From assembly GCA_963668175.1 (NCBI GenBank), contig OY764159.1, positions 1,696,001-1,760,000 on the forward strand: a stretch of 64,000 bases of DNA, written 5' to 3'. This document shows, piece by piece, positions 51,714 to 61,744 of this stretch. The position numbers were made by a program, and so were the translations under genes. This DNA is from Syntrophales bacterium (lineage in GTDB: Bacteria > Desulfobacterota > Syntrophia > Syntrophales > PHBD01). The stretch's first letter is position 1, and the number at the start of each line of letters is the position of its first letter. The notes under the pieces are model-generated. The model saw only the letters and a program-made list of their open reading frames with translations. It was not told where the DNA came from and searched no databases.

Positions 51714-51930
51714 GATGTTCTTGAGCCACCAAAGCCACGGTGCCGTTCCTGTTTGCCTGCTTTCCGCCGTAAGGTCCCCGTCTTTCCGGGAGCGGGAAGC
51801 TCCCCTGCCTTGCCTTCCATTCTAACGCGTCTGCCGCCCGCTGGCAAGCACCAATGCGTGGGGCGGAATCCCGTTCCATGTCACTCGCGGAGCAAAACCT
51901 TCCGCCCGGCCTGTCCCGGGAAGGGAGCCG

Positions 51931-52209
51931 TCAGCGGATCTCATACTCCCCATGCTCCGAGGCGCCTTTGAAGTGATAATAGGACCGGTAAATCAGGTTT
52001 CCGTGTATCACGTATTCGGGCAGGGCTGAAGAACCGTCCGGATGCTTCGCAGTCCTGAAAATCAACCCTTTTTTAACGACGTATTCGGGAAATGTCGAGG
52101 GCCCCAGGGGATGATGATCGGTTCTGTAGATGTCGGCGCCCTTGATCTCGTAATCGGGCTTATCCCCGGCGCCATCGGGATGAGCCGCCGTACGGTACAC
52201 GTATCCCAT
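51931..52209 (-). CDS. 92-aa protein made of four ~23-aa repeats
   Basis: Repeat consensus (I/V)(Y/F)R(T/S)xxHPxGxxxxP(E/D)YxI, conserved at protein level while DNA has diverged. Confidence 0.8.
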   Translation of the reverse strand: MGYVYRTAAHPDGAGDKPDYEIKGADIYRTDHHPLGPSTFPEYVVKKGLIFRTAKHPDGSSALPEYVIHGNLIYRSYYHFKGASEHGEYEIR

Positions 52210-52535
52210 AAATTGTTCATTCTTCCGAAATGGTCCATTTCAAGAAGACCGGCTCCGGGTGAACCGGCCACAACACCACTAGGTTCCTTAGATAACACGA
52301 CAGGACTCCTGCATTCAACAGGAAAGTCGTCTCTCCGGGGAATCTCCCTGTTATTCCGTTAAAATTCTTGACATATCGGCGATTTTCTGTTTTATTACTT
52401 GGTTAATGGAATTGCGGTTTTTAAAAGACCCAATAAATACGGAAATCTATGGATGTCGGACCGCGCCCAAACGCCTTCCCCAACGCCTGACAAAAATCAT
52501 AAACTATTGATAATCGATACAAGAAACGAGGAAAC

Positions 52536-54113
52536 ATGGAAGAATACAACAATGAAAACAACGCCGCCAGTGCGCCCGAACAACCGCCCGCAGCCGAAAG
52601 CGGCTACGGGATGCCGCCGGGCGAAGAACAGCTCATCGAGCCCGAAGACGCCCTGACCGCGGTAACCTTAAACGATTTACCCGAACGGCTCCGGGAAGCA
52701 TGCCGCACGGCGGGCTGGACCAAGCTCCTGCCCGTCCAGGCCCGGGCGTACCCCTATGTCATGGCCGGCCGGAACCTGATGATCCAGTCCCATACCGGCA
52801 GCGGCAAAACGGCGGCCTATCTCCTGCCGCTCATGGAGCGGATCAATATGGAAAAGAAGGTATGCCAGGTGCTGGTCCTGGTTCCCACCCGCGAACTTGC
52901 CCTGCAGGTCTCCCGGGAGGCCGAGATGCTCGCGAACGGCCTGCCGATGAAGACGGCCGTGGTCTACGGCGGCGTATCCTACGGCCCGCAGCTTGAGGCA
53001 TTCCGGCAGGGAGCCCAGCTCGTCGTGGGCACGCCGGGGCGCATCCTAGACCACCTCATCAAGGGATCGCTCTCCCTGGAGCACCTGCAGATCATCGTCT
53101 TCGACGAGGCGGACCGCATGCTCTCCATGGGGTTCTATCCCGACATGCGGCGGATCAAGCAGCTCATGCCGTCCCGGCCGATCAACGGCTACATGTTCTC
53201 GGCGACATTCCCCATCTTCGTCCTGCGCCTTGCCGGCGAGTTCATGCGCAAGCCCGAATTCCTGAGCTTGAGCCGCGACCGGGTGCATGTCACCGACACG
53301 GAGCATATCTGCTATACCGTGCCGGGAATGCAGCGCGAGCGGTCGCTTGTGAAGATCATCGAGGTGGAGAATCCCGTCTCGGCCATTATCTTCTGCAACA
53401 CGAAATCGACGGTCCATTTCCTGTCGGTCGTCCTGAAGCGATTCGGCTACGATGCCGACGAACTGAGTTCGGACCTCGCCCAGGGGGCCCGCGAGCGGGT
53501 CATGGGTCGCGTGCGGCGGGGGGCGCTGCGTTTCCTTGTCGCGACGGACGTTGCGGCCCGGGGCATCGACATCCCGGATCTGTCGCACGTCATCCAGTAC
53601 GAGCCGCCGGAGGACCCGGAACTATACATCCACCGCGCCGGCCGGACCGGGCGGGTAGGGGCCAGCGGCGTCGCAATTTCGATTGTGGCCGGGATGGAGC
53701 AGTTCAAGCTCAGGGAGATCGCCCGGACGTACAAGATCGACCTGGTGGAGAAGAAGATTCCGACGGAGGAGGAGATCGAAGGGATTGTGGCCCAGAGGGT
53801 CGTGGCGTCGCTGGAGTCTGAACTGCGGTCCCGCGACAGCCTGGCGAACGAAAGGATGCAGCGTTTTATTCCCCTGGGCCGAAGCCTCGGAGAGGCGGAA
53901 ATGGATTCGCCGCTCATCGCCATGCTGTTGGACGATTATTACCAGCGGACCCTTCAGGCCCCGCCCCAGACGCCCGACAGCCAGGAGCCGCCGGAGGCGG
54001 CACCGGCAGCCGGCCGGCCGCCGCGTTCCTCCGAAGCGAAGAAGGACAAGAAACCCCGGCGGCGGGGCGGCAGGAGGAAAAAGCCTTCCTCCCAAGGCCA
54101 GCCGGCTTCTTAG
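52536..54113 (+). CDS. DEAD-box RNA helicase
   Basis: TGSGKT, PTRELA, TPGR, DEAD, SAT, ARGID, HRAGRTGR. Confidence 0.95.
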   Translation: MEEYNNENNAASAPEQPPAAESGYGMPPGEEQLIEPEDALTAVTLNDLPERLREACRTAGWTKLLPVQARAYPYVMAGRNLMIQSHTGSGKTAAYLLPLMERINMEKKVCQVLVLVPTRELALQVSREAEMLANGLPMKTAVVYGGVSYGPQLEAFRQGAQLVVGTPGRILDHLIKGSLSLEHLQIIVFDEADRMLSMGFYPDMRRIKQLMPSRPINGYMFSATFPIFVLRLAGEFMRKPEFLSLSRDRVHVTDTEHICYTVPGMQRERSLVKIIEVENPVSAIIFCNTKSTVHFLSVVLKRFGYDADELSSDLAQGARERVMGRVRRGALRFLVATDVAARGIDIPDLSHVIQYEPPEDPELYIHRAGRTGRVGASGVAISIVAGMEQFKLREIARTYKIDLVEKKIPTEEEIEGIVAQRVVASLESELRSRDSLANERMQRFIPLGRSLGEAEMDSPLIAMLLDDYYQRTLQAPPQTPDSQEPPEAAPAAGRPPRSSEAKKDKKPRRRGGRRKKPSSQGQPAS

Positions 54114-54158
54114 CCTACGCTTTTCATCACGGGGTAAGCAGGACGCTTTGGAAAATAG

Positions 54159-54192
54159 AACGGCCCGCGGCTTGAAGCCGGGGGCCGTTTTT
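54159..54192 (+). terminator. Terminator between convergent helicase and MCP genes
   Basis: AACGGCCC.CGGCT / AGCCG.GGGCCGTT stem plus TTTTT. Confidence 0.7.
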
Positions 54193-54215
54193 CAGTTGTT
54201 CCTGCAGGGCCGATC

Positions 54216-56141
54216 CTAGAAATTCCTGAAACCCTCTTCCTCGTGGTACGAGGTTTCGACCGCGGCGGGTCTTCCCGCGGATTTTTCCGGTGCGGGCAGT
54301 TTCTCCTGCTTGCCGAACGGCAGTTCGACATCCACCTTTTTCGTCTTCAGTCCTGAAATGATCCTTCTTCCCGCTTTCCTGGGCTCTTCGTCCCTGGCGC
54401 CGTCTGTGCCGACGATAGCCGTAAGCTGGCCGACGCTGCTCTTCATCTGCATCGCCTGGGCGTTCATCTGCTGCGCGGAGGAGGCCGTCTCTTCCGCGGT
54501 GGCGGCCGATTCCTGCGTCACCTTGTCCATCTCGGTGACGGCCTTGGCGACATGGGTGATGCCCTGGGCCTGCTCGTCCGAAGCGGCGGCGATCTCGTCG
54601 ATGAGGTTGGCGACTTTCTTCGCGATGGCGATGTTCTCCTGGAACGCCTCCTGGGTGGAACGGGTCAGGTCGTTGCCGTTCCGGACGTTGGCGATCGTGC
54701 CCTCGATGAGTGCACTCGTGGTCCTGGCGGCTTCGGCCGCTCTCATGGCGAGATTCCGGACTTCCTCGGCGACGACGGCGAATCCCGCCCCCGCCTCGCC
54801 GGCCCGGGCCGCCTCCACGGCGGCGTTGAGGGCCAGGAGGTTCGTCTGGAAGGCAATCTCGTCAATCGTCTTGATGATCTTGCCCGTCTCCTCGCTGGAG
54901 CGGGTGATCTCGCGGATGGCGGCAGCCATGTCTTCCATCAGTTTGCCGACGCGGTCCACGATCTTTTGCGTTTCCGCCGTCAGCTTCTTGGCCTGGGCGG
55001 CGTTCTCCGCCGTCTGTTTCGTCATGGACGACATCTCGTCGAGGGAACTGGAAGACTGCTCCAGGGCCGCCGCCTGCTTGGCGGTGCCTGCGGCGAGGTT
55101 CTGGCTCGCCGACGATACCTGGGACGAAGCCGACGAGACCTGGTCCGACGCCTCGTTGATCTCCGCGGCGATGCCGATCAACGGCCGGGAGATGCTGCGG
55201 CCGAAGAAGATCACCGTGACCGAGGTCAGGATCAGGAAGAACAGGGCCACGCCGACCAGGACCAGCCTGATCGCAAGGGCCTCCGCGTACAGGTCGTCCT
55301 GATTCTGGGTGACGATGATCGACCAGCCGGTGATGGGTACGGGTGCAAAAGCCGCGACTTTCTTGACGTTTTCGAAAACATATTCCTCGATGCCGGTCTC
55401 GTGGGCATTGGCCTTGGCGATGAAGGCCTCCATGCCCTTTTCATTGGTGAGGTTCTTTTCGAGGATCAATTCCTTGCGGGGATGGGCTATGACCGTGCCC
55501 TTCGGGTCGGTGGCAAGGGCGTAGCCGGTCTTGCCGATTTTGACGGACGTTATCTTGTTGGAGAGGTAGTCGATCTTGACGACGGCCGCGACAACGCCGT
55601 CGAACTCGCCGCCGGACGAACGGATCGGCACCGAGGCGATGGTGACGGTGTTGCCCGTGGCCTTCGATTTGATGACCTGGCCGATGGATGTCTTGCCCGC
55701 CTTGCCGTCCGTGAAATAGGCCCGTTCCTTGACGTTGAGCCCCTTGGTCTTGCCGCCGACGCTGTCGGCGGAGATGATTCCGTCGGGATTGACATAGATA
55801 ATCTGCTCGTAGTTGTCCCCCACCGCCTTATGGCTGAGTTCGAGTGCTTTCGATATCCGGCCCAGGGCCTCCTCGGTGTTTGCTCCTTTCCTGACCTGTT
55901 CCGCCGCCGCCAGGATCTCGCTGTTGGCCGCGACGGCCTTGATGATGTTCAACTGCTCCGTCATGCCCAACTGGACGATGTCGGACAGGTCCTTGGCGAT
56001 GGACGTGGCCCGGTCCTTGGAAAGCGTTTCGATAACCGACTGCGCCTTCCACGACGAGAAAACGCCGACGGTCACCAATGGGATCAGCACGATGCCGATC
56101 CCGCCCACAATCATCTTGTAACCTAAAGTCTTTTTCTTCAT
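54216..56141 (-). CDS. Methyl-accepting chemotaxis protein with Cache-type sensor
   Basis: ATG 56141; [13 protein letters not shown]...GTVIAHP, TGWSI Cache motifs; MCP signalling tip. Confidence 0.93.
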   Translation of the reverse strand: MKKKTLGYKMIVGGIGIVLIPLVTVGVFSSWKAQSVIETLSKDRATSIAKDLSDIVQLGMTEQLNIIKAVAANSEILAAAEQVRKGANTEEALGRISKALELSHKAVGDNYEQIIYVNPDGIISADSVGGKTKGLNVKERAYFTDGKAGKTSIGQVIKSKATGNTVTIASVPIRSSGGEFDGVVAAVVKIDYLSNKITSVKIGKTGYALATDPKGTVIAHPRKELILEKNLTNEKGMEAFIAKANAHETGIEEYVFENVKKVAAFAPVPITGWSIIVTQNQDDLYAEALAIRLVLVGVALFFLILTSVTVIFFGRSISRPLIGIAAEINEASDQVSSASSQVSSASQNLAAGTAKQAAALEQSSSSLDEMSSMTKQTAENAAQAKKLTAETQKIVDRVGKLMEDMAAAIREITRSSEETGKIIKTIDEIAFQTNLLALNAAVEAARAGEAGAGFAVVAEEVRNLAMRAAEAARTTSALIEGTIANVRNGNDLTRSTQEAFQENIAIAKKVANLIDEIAAASDEQAQGITHVAKAVTEMDKVTQESAATAEETASSAQQMNAQAMQMKSSVGQLTAIVGTDGARDEEPRKAGRRIISGLKTKKVDVELPFGKQEKLPAPEKSAGRPAAVETSYHEEEGFRNF

Positions 56142-56424
56142 AAAGCAATCGCCCCCCGTCTTGTTTGCGGTCCGCCTCCGGCGGCAGGATCGGCCTGCGG
56201 CCCGGGCGTCACCGGTTGATTGCATGTAAAGGCTTCTTGGTTGTAGAGAGGATCGTTTGAATGAGATGAAACCTTTTACCAGCTTAGGCCGCAAAGGTCA
56301 ATGTATATATCCCTTATATTTCAGAGGGAAACGGCATGGATGAGAAAAAATTCTTGCAATCGCGGTTCGTTTGAGATAAAGCACCACATTCTCCCGAACG
56401 GGAGGCCATAAAACCAGTCTCAAG

Positions 56425-56500
56425 GGGCCCTTAGCTCAGCAGGTAGAGCAACTGACTCTTAATCAGTAGGTTGTCGGTTCGATCCCGACAGGGCTCACCA
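56425..56500 (+). tRNA. tRNA-Lys (anticodon CTT)
   Basis: 76 nt; acceptor GGGCCCT/AGGGCTC, anticodon arm ACTGA-CTCTTAA-TCAGT, GGTTCGATCC T loop, encoded CCA. Confidence 0.97.
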
Positions 56501-56509
56501 GAAAATACA

Positions 56510-56546
56510 GGGGTTTCGAGCGTTTCCGCTTGGAGCCCCTTTTTTT
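56510..56546 (+). terminator. Terminator after tRNA-Lys (second copy at ~59353-59389)
   Basis: GGGGTTTCGAGCG-TTTC-CGCTTGGAGCCCC followed by T tract. Confidence 0.8.
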
Positions 56547-56771
56547 CGTTTCCCGTCAGACCTCGTCATTTTGATCGTTTCCGCACCCAAATTGAACCGC
56601 CATGCGGCTGCGTCGCGGAATGCGTATTTCAAAAAGCCTTTGGATGGCGAAACGAAATCGGCGACAAAGATTTCCTCTGTTGCATCTGCTTATCGGTTGC
56701 GCGAATAATCGATGAGCAATGAAGATAACCCGTTGTGATCTTCAAATCCGGACGGGTTTTCCGGGGGCGTG

Positions 56772-58742
56772 TCAGGCAGTCTGAAATCCGCTTGTCTGTT
56801 TCACAAGCTTCATAAACAGTTCTCTCTGTTTTTCCAGAGCAGACTTATATTGCATGGCCTCTTTTATGAAAGTGCTATTCTCGATAACCATTTTTAAGCG
56901 TTTTCTGGCCAGGACGATTTCATTTGTATTAAAATGAAGATTCTTACCAAGCAGGGCTATGATATCATTCGCACTGCAATAATTTTCATCGGACCTGGAG
57001 AGGATGTTGGAAAATATGAAGCTGAAAATATCTTGATCAAACTCATACAGCTCCTTCAAGAATTGAGATACTGCGTGAGATTTATTCCTGCCGGCCCAGT
57101 CCGTGTAATTTATGCCTGTCTTGGTTCTGGTTTCGTTGCTGTCCAGCTTATCCATGGCTTCTGATATATCCCTTTCGGAATAATTGGTAATGAGGAACCC
57201 GGCCCACACAATCCAGGTGATGGCAAGGGCATACAGGTCATGCGACCAGGATGCCTTGTAGGTGCGGAATTCATCAAATTGCTTAACCGTAATGGGTCGT
57301 ATATAGCCTTTCGTGCCTGCAAGACTTCCATTATGGCCTTCCGTCACGCACGTTCCATAATCCATAAGTGCAAACGTGCCGTCCATCGAAGCAAAAATGT
57401 TACCCGGTTTCAGGTCCCGGTGAACGTAATGCTTCTGATGGCATGTGTTCAAGTCATTTGCAATATCCCACAAGAGGAGGCGAAGGAGGGAGCGACCGTC
57501 TTGCTGTTCTTTAAGATCTTTACGCAGGCTTGTGGACGGGCACATGAGGTTCATGACCATATAGGCCTTGATGCCTCTCTTGGGATCCTTCGGCGATCTC
57601 ACGACTATCTTGTCGATGATCTTTGCCTTGCTCTGGAGCTTCTTCATTAATTCTATCTCTTTATCAAAATCCTTCAGAACAGAGTCCTGGGTGACTTTCC
57701 TCGGCTTCTCCTGTTGTTTCGGAAGGGGCTGCGGATTGGGAACGGACTTCTTCTTGGGGGCAAAGAAAAGTTTGAAGAGATTCTGTTGGGGAGCGGTCGT
57801 CTGTTTGGGGACCTCCTTTTTGGGGCCGGGGGGAGGGGATGCAGGGTGGGTATACTGATTGTGAACTTCTTTTATGGCGAGAATGTCCTTCTTCCCCTCC
57901 GATTCCATGCCATAACGGATTTTGCCGAAACTGCCTGCGGCTGAAGACTGCGCCACGATATAACCTTTGTACAGCTTATTGGCGCTGTATCTATCCGGCA
58001 CAAGCAGGGAAAGACGCGTGGTTTTTGCTTCGGAGCCCTTGCCGATCGTTATCTTGAATTCACCGTTTGGAGATTGCGGTGTCTTGTATTTCTTCCCGAT
58101 TCCTCCCATCGCATACTCCGGAGTGATGGACGGGGTGAATGCAAGAATTTGCTGGGCCCAGCCGTGATGGTCATAGATGTTGTCCTTGTCCCATATCCGG
58201 TATATTTTGGGTGCAGGGCCTTTTGAAACAAGGTCGAAACCGCTGTCGTCGTGGATACTTTCGCTTTGGAAAGGGCTGGCTTGAACCAAATCGTAAGGAG
58301 CATCAATCTCCGGCTGTTCCTTAAGCTTGTCAATTTCATTAAGCAGAATCGCCCCCTGGATATCAAGAATCGATTCCCAGGCCTTTTGTTCATTTCTTGA
58401 TCGGTCCGCCTCCGTGATCGATCTGATGAGGTCCATAATGACATGATCGGATGGCAATGGTGATTTCTCCATATATTCATATGGTTCCACTTTGCAAAGA
58501 AGAAGCCAGCATGTCGGCAGGATGTTCGTCTGACCGTTCTTGAATACAAGATCCTCGACGATATGCTTGACCCAGCGAAGTTGCCAGGGGGCAGTTAAAA
58601 ACGGGTCCGGTTTGATACACAAAAAGCCCTGGTGCAGAACCTCACCCTTAATGGCCTTGCCGGACTTCGGGTCTCTCCAGGTTTCTCTGGGCATGATGCC
58701 TCCTTTGTCGAGTAGGGGTGATGCAAATATTCCCGTGCGCAT
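56772..58742 (-). CDS. Hanks-type Ser/Thr protein kinase domain protein
   Basis: AGSFGKI, LAIKE, KEIELM, HRDLKPGNI, DYG, GTKGYI, DLYAL subdomain motifs; long unrecognised N-terminus; start may be further downstream. Confidence 0.88.
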   Translation of the reverse strand: MRTGIFASPLLDKGGIMPRETWRDPKSGKAIKGEVLHQGFLCIKPDPFLTAPWQLRWVKHIVEDLVFKNGQTNILPTCWLLLCKVEPYEYMEKSPLPSDHVIMDLIRSITEADRSRNEQKAWESILDIQGAILLNEIDKLKEQPEIDAPYDLVQASPFQSESIHDDSGFDLVSKGPAPKIYRIWDKDNIYDHHGWAQQILAFTPSITPEYAMGGIGKKYKTPQSPNGEFKITIGKGSEAKTTRLSLLVPDRYSANKLYKGYIVAQSSAAGSFGKIRYGMESEGKKDILAIKEVHNQYTHPASPPPGPKKEVPKQTTAPQQNLFKLFFAPKKKSVPNPQPLPKQQEKPRKVTQDSVLKDFDKEIELMKKLQSKAKIIDKIVVRSPKDPKRGIKAYMVMNLMCPSTSLRKDLKEQQDGRSLLRLLLWDIANDLNTCHQKHYVHRDLKPGNIFASMDGTFALMDYGTCVTEGHNGSLAGTKGYIRPITVKQFDEFRTYKASWSHDLYALAITWIVWAGFLITNYSERDISEAMDKLDSNETRTKTGINYTDWAGRNKSHAVSQFLKELYEFDQDIFSFIFSNILSRSDENYCSANDIIALLGKNLHFNTNEIVLARKRLKMVIENSTFIKEAMQYKSALEKQRELFMKLVKQTSGFQTA

Positions 58743-58869
58743 TCCTGTATCTTGGGTTTAACGACTGCGATCTTGAAGCGGAGTGGGGAAACTGTGAACT
58801 GAATTGTGGGTATTGTCAAGATTAAATATCAGTAAAATGACTTAAGAATAGACCGGCATCCCCCCGAAA

Positions 58870-59234
58870 TCATGCAGGCGGGAGGAGGGGAAGGGTCGGG
58901 GCGCGGTCGCTCCGGACGGCGAGGCCTTTGAGGACGCCCATGACGAGTTCTCCCGTCTTGTGGTCCAGGGCGCTTGTCGGCTCGTCGCAGACGACGAGTT
59001 TCGGGTCGTGAACCAAAGCGCGGGCGATGGCCACCCGCTGCTGCTGGCCGCCTGAAAGCTCATTCGGCAGGGACGCCTCCCGCCCCGTCAGCCCCACCTG
59101 GGCCAGGCACTCCGTAGCCCGGACCGCTGCCTTCTCTTCCTTCTGTCCGTTGATGAGCAGCGGGATGCCGATATTCTCCACGATGCTTAAGGTCGGGATG
59201 AGATTGAAGGCCTGGAAGACGAACCCGCTTTGCT
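58870..59234 (-). pseudogene. Internal fragment of a LolD/MacB-like ABC ATPase
   Basis: [34 protein letters not shown] present; Walker A and H-loop both missing. Confidence 0.85.
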
Positions 59235-59298
59235 GCCATGTGGTCATTTTTCGTCGTCAAATGCTTATTCATTTCATCATGTTAAAATAGCGCATATT

Positions 59299-59444
59299 AC
59301 TCTTAATCAGTAGGTTGTCGGTTCGATCCCGACAGGGCTCACCATGAAATACAGGGGTTTCGAGCGTTTCCGCTTGGAACCCCTTTTTTCGTTTCTCGTC
59401 AAATCTCGTCATTTTTAACCAGTTCTGCACCCAAAATGCACCCA
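59299..59444 (+). repeat. att-like copy of tRNA-Lys 3' end plus downstream terminator and flank
   Basis: Exact to the CCA, then degenerate match to 56501-56598. Confidence 0.9.
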
Positions 59445-59832
59445 CTACGCAATCTTCATTTTCCCCATTTCGGCCTTCATCATTTCATCAACGACCGGGA
59501 GGAATTCTCAACCCCCTGACACGATTCTTTCGGTGGAATCATGAAGTCATGTTTGTTCTCCGTCTCCTTCGGGCAATTCAACCATGTTGTCAATCAGGAC
59601 CCGCTGCCCAATCACTAATAATTAGAGGATATACTGCTTGGGAGTGCGCAAACGGTTAGGGAGTAATAACGCCCGTGACTCTTTCGAGACTATCCTGTCC
59701 CCCATATCCTTTTGGGGCAACTTGTGATAAATTCACTCCCAATAAAAGATAAAAACTCAGGGAGGCATTAGGGTGGAGAAGTTCATCCGTTGCGGTCCCG
59801 GAGGGCAAATTATTAACCAATACAGGATAAGT

Positions 59833-61500
59833 ATGAAATATAAACAAACTTATGCGGAAGTGAAGAAGGGCAACGACCTGTTAGAGGCGGAGATCAAGCG
59901 GCAGGCCAAGTTAAAAAGAGCCCTCATAGAGACAGAGAGTTTCTACCGAACGATCTGGGAAAGCTCGCTCACCGGCCTCTACATCGCCCAAAACGGCATT
60001 TTCCAGGCCGTTAACCCCATCCCGGCCCTGTTCACAGGCTACAGCAAAGATGATCTCGTGGGAAAGAAATCGGACAGCATCATCCATCCCGACGACAAGG
60101 AGGCCGTAAAGAAAAACGCCCACGCGATGCTTCTGAAAAAGAGCTCCACGCCCTACGAATTCAGAATCCTCTCTAAGGACAAACATATCCGCTGGGTCAT
60201 GGAATACGTCGCGCCTACGACTTATAACGGAAAGCCGGCAATCCTCGGCAATTTCATGGACATCACCGCCCGGAAGGACTTTGAATCGAAACTGAAAGAA
60301 TCGGAGAACCTTTACCGGACCATCTTTGAAAATACAGGTTCGGCAACGATCATCATCGAGGACGACATGACCGTCTCCCTCATGAACTCCGAGTTCGAAA
60401 GGATGACGGGATACCGAAAGGAAGAGTGGGAAGGGAAGAAGAAGTGGATCGAATATATCTCGAAAGAACAGCAGCCCTGGATGAAAAAATACCATAAACT
60501 GCGGAGACTCAATCATGAGGCCGCCCCACGCCGCTACGAACACGAGATCATCCGCAGTGATGGGAGTGTCGTTAGCGTTCTGATCACCATCGACATGATT
60601 CCCGGTACCAAGAAGAGTGTCGCCTCCCATACGAACATCACCGATTGGAAAAAGGCCCAAGAGAAACTGAAGGAATCTGAAAATCTTTACCGCGCGATTT
60701 TTGAAACGACTGGGGCCGCAACGGTCATCATGGAAGACGACATGACTATCTCCCATATGAACTCGGAGTTCGAGCGGATGACGGGCTATCGCAGAGAGGC
60801 ATGGGAAGGAAAGAAAAAATGGACCGAATACGTCCTTAATGAAGATCTTCCTTGGATGATTGATTACCATACTCAACGTCGCCTCGACCGCAGCGCTCCC
60901 CCGCGGAACTACGAGCATCGGCTGGTGGACAGCAAAGGGAGGATCAGGCATATGTACCTTACCGTCGATATGATCCCCGAAACGAAAAAGAGCCTCGCGT
61001 CCTTCGTGGATGTTACGGACTGGAAGGAGGCGGAAACCCGCCTGAAGAAAAGAGAAGAAGAACTCCAGGCCAAGTCCCGGAACCTTTCGGAATTAAACAC
61101 GGCCCTTCGTGTCCTCTTGAAACAGCGTGAAGATGACCGCGAAGAGTTCGAGGAAAAGGTGCTGTCCAACGTCAGGGAATTTGTCCTGCCTTACGTTCAA
61201 ACATTGAAAAAAAGTAAGATGCCGGCGAAAGACCTGGCCTATGTGGGCATTCTGGAGTCGAATATTCAGGACATCATCTCGCCATTCGCCCGCAAGATTT
61301 CGTCCAAGTACATGCAGCTCACGCCCAAAGAAGTGCAGATAGCCTACTTGATCAAGGAAGGCAAGACCAGCAAGGAGATCGCCGAGGCGATGAATCTCTC
61401 CAAGTGTGCCGTCGATATCCACCGTTACCGGCTCCGGAACAAACTGGGCCTGAACAACAAGAAAGCCAACCTGAGAATGCACCTGATGAACATTTCATAA
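59833..61500 (+). CDS. Triple-PAS, LuxR-type HTH transcriptional regulator
   Basis: Three PAS/PAC units ending DIT/NIT/DVT, coiled coil, LTPKEVQIA.LIKEGKTSKEIA..MNLS..VDIHR..LRNKLGL. Confidence 0.92.
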   Translation: MKYKQTYAEVKKGNDLLEAEIKRQAKLKRALIETESFYRTIWESSLTGLYIAQNGIFQAVNPIPALFTGYSKDDLVGKKSDSIIHPDDKEAVKKNAHAMLLKKSSTPYEFRILSKDKHIRWVMEYVAPTTYNGKPAILGNFMDITARKDFESKLKESENLYRTIFENTGSATIIIEDDMTVSLMNSEFERMTGYRKEEWEGKKKWIEYISKEQQPWMKKYHKLRRLNHEAAPRRYEHEIIRSDGSVVSVLITIDMIPGTKKSVASHTNITDWKKAQEKLKESENLYRAIFETTGAATVIMEDDMTISHMNSEFERMTGYRREAWEGKKKWTEYVLNEDLPWMIDYHTQRRLDRSAPPRNYEHRLVDSKGRIRHMYLTVDMIPETKKSLASFVDVTDWKEAETRLKKREEELQAKSRNLSELNTALRVLLKQREDDREEFEEKVLSNVREFVLPYVQTLKKSKMPAKDLAYVGILESNIQDIISPFARKISSKYMQLTPKEVQIAYLIKEGKTSKEIAEAMNLSKCAVDIHRYRLRNKLGLNNKKANLRMHLMNIS

Positions 61501-61744
61501 TTTGTTACAAATTTTCCACAATTTTTGTAATATTTATGTAATTAGCGTTTGATAATATTACAATTTCGTGACAACTTTTGTAACATTCATCAAACATTGA
61601 TTAAAACCCTTCCTTGCCCCTAAATACACCCATCACAATAAAACTGGTCCGCGGCAGTCCAAGCAGCATCTATGATCGGGCCCGACATTTCGGGACTTTC
61701 GCGGAAGTGCCGGTTTTCCACCCAACACAAGGAGTAGATTAACT

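Larger units (their letters stand above)
56455..59344. mobile_element. Genomic islet integrated at tRNA-Lys (no integrase)
   Basis: Exact 46-bp direct repeat of the tRNA 3' part at 56455-56500 and 59299-59344; interior lower GC. Confidence 0.85.
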
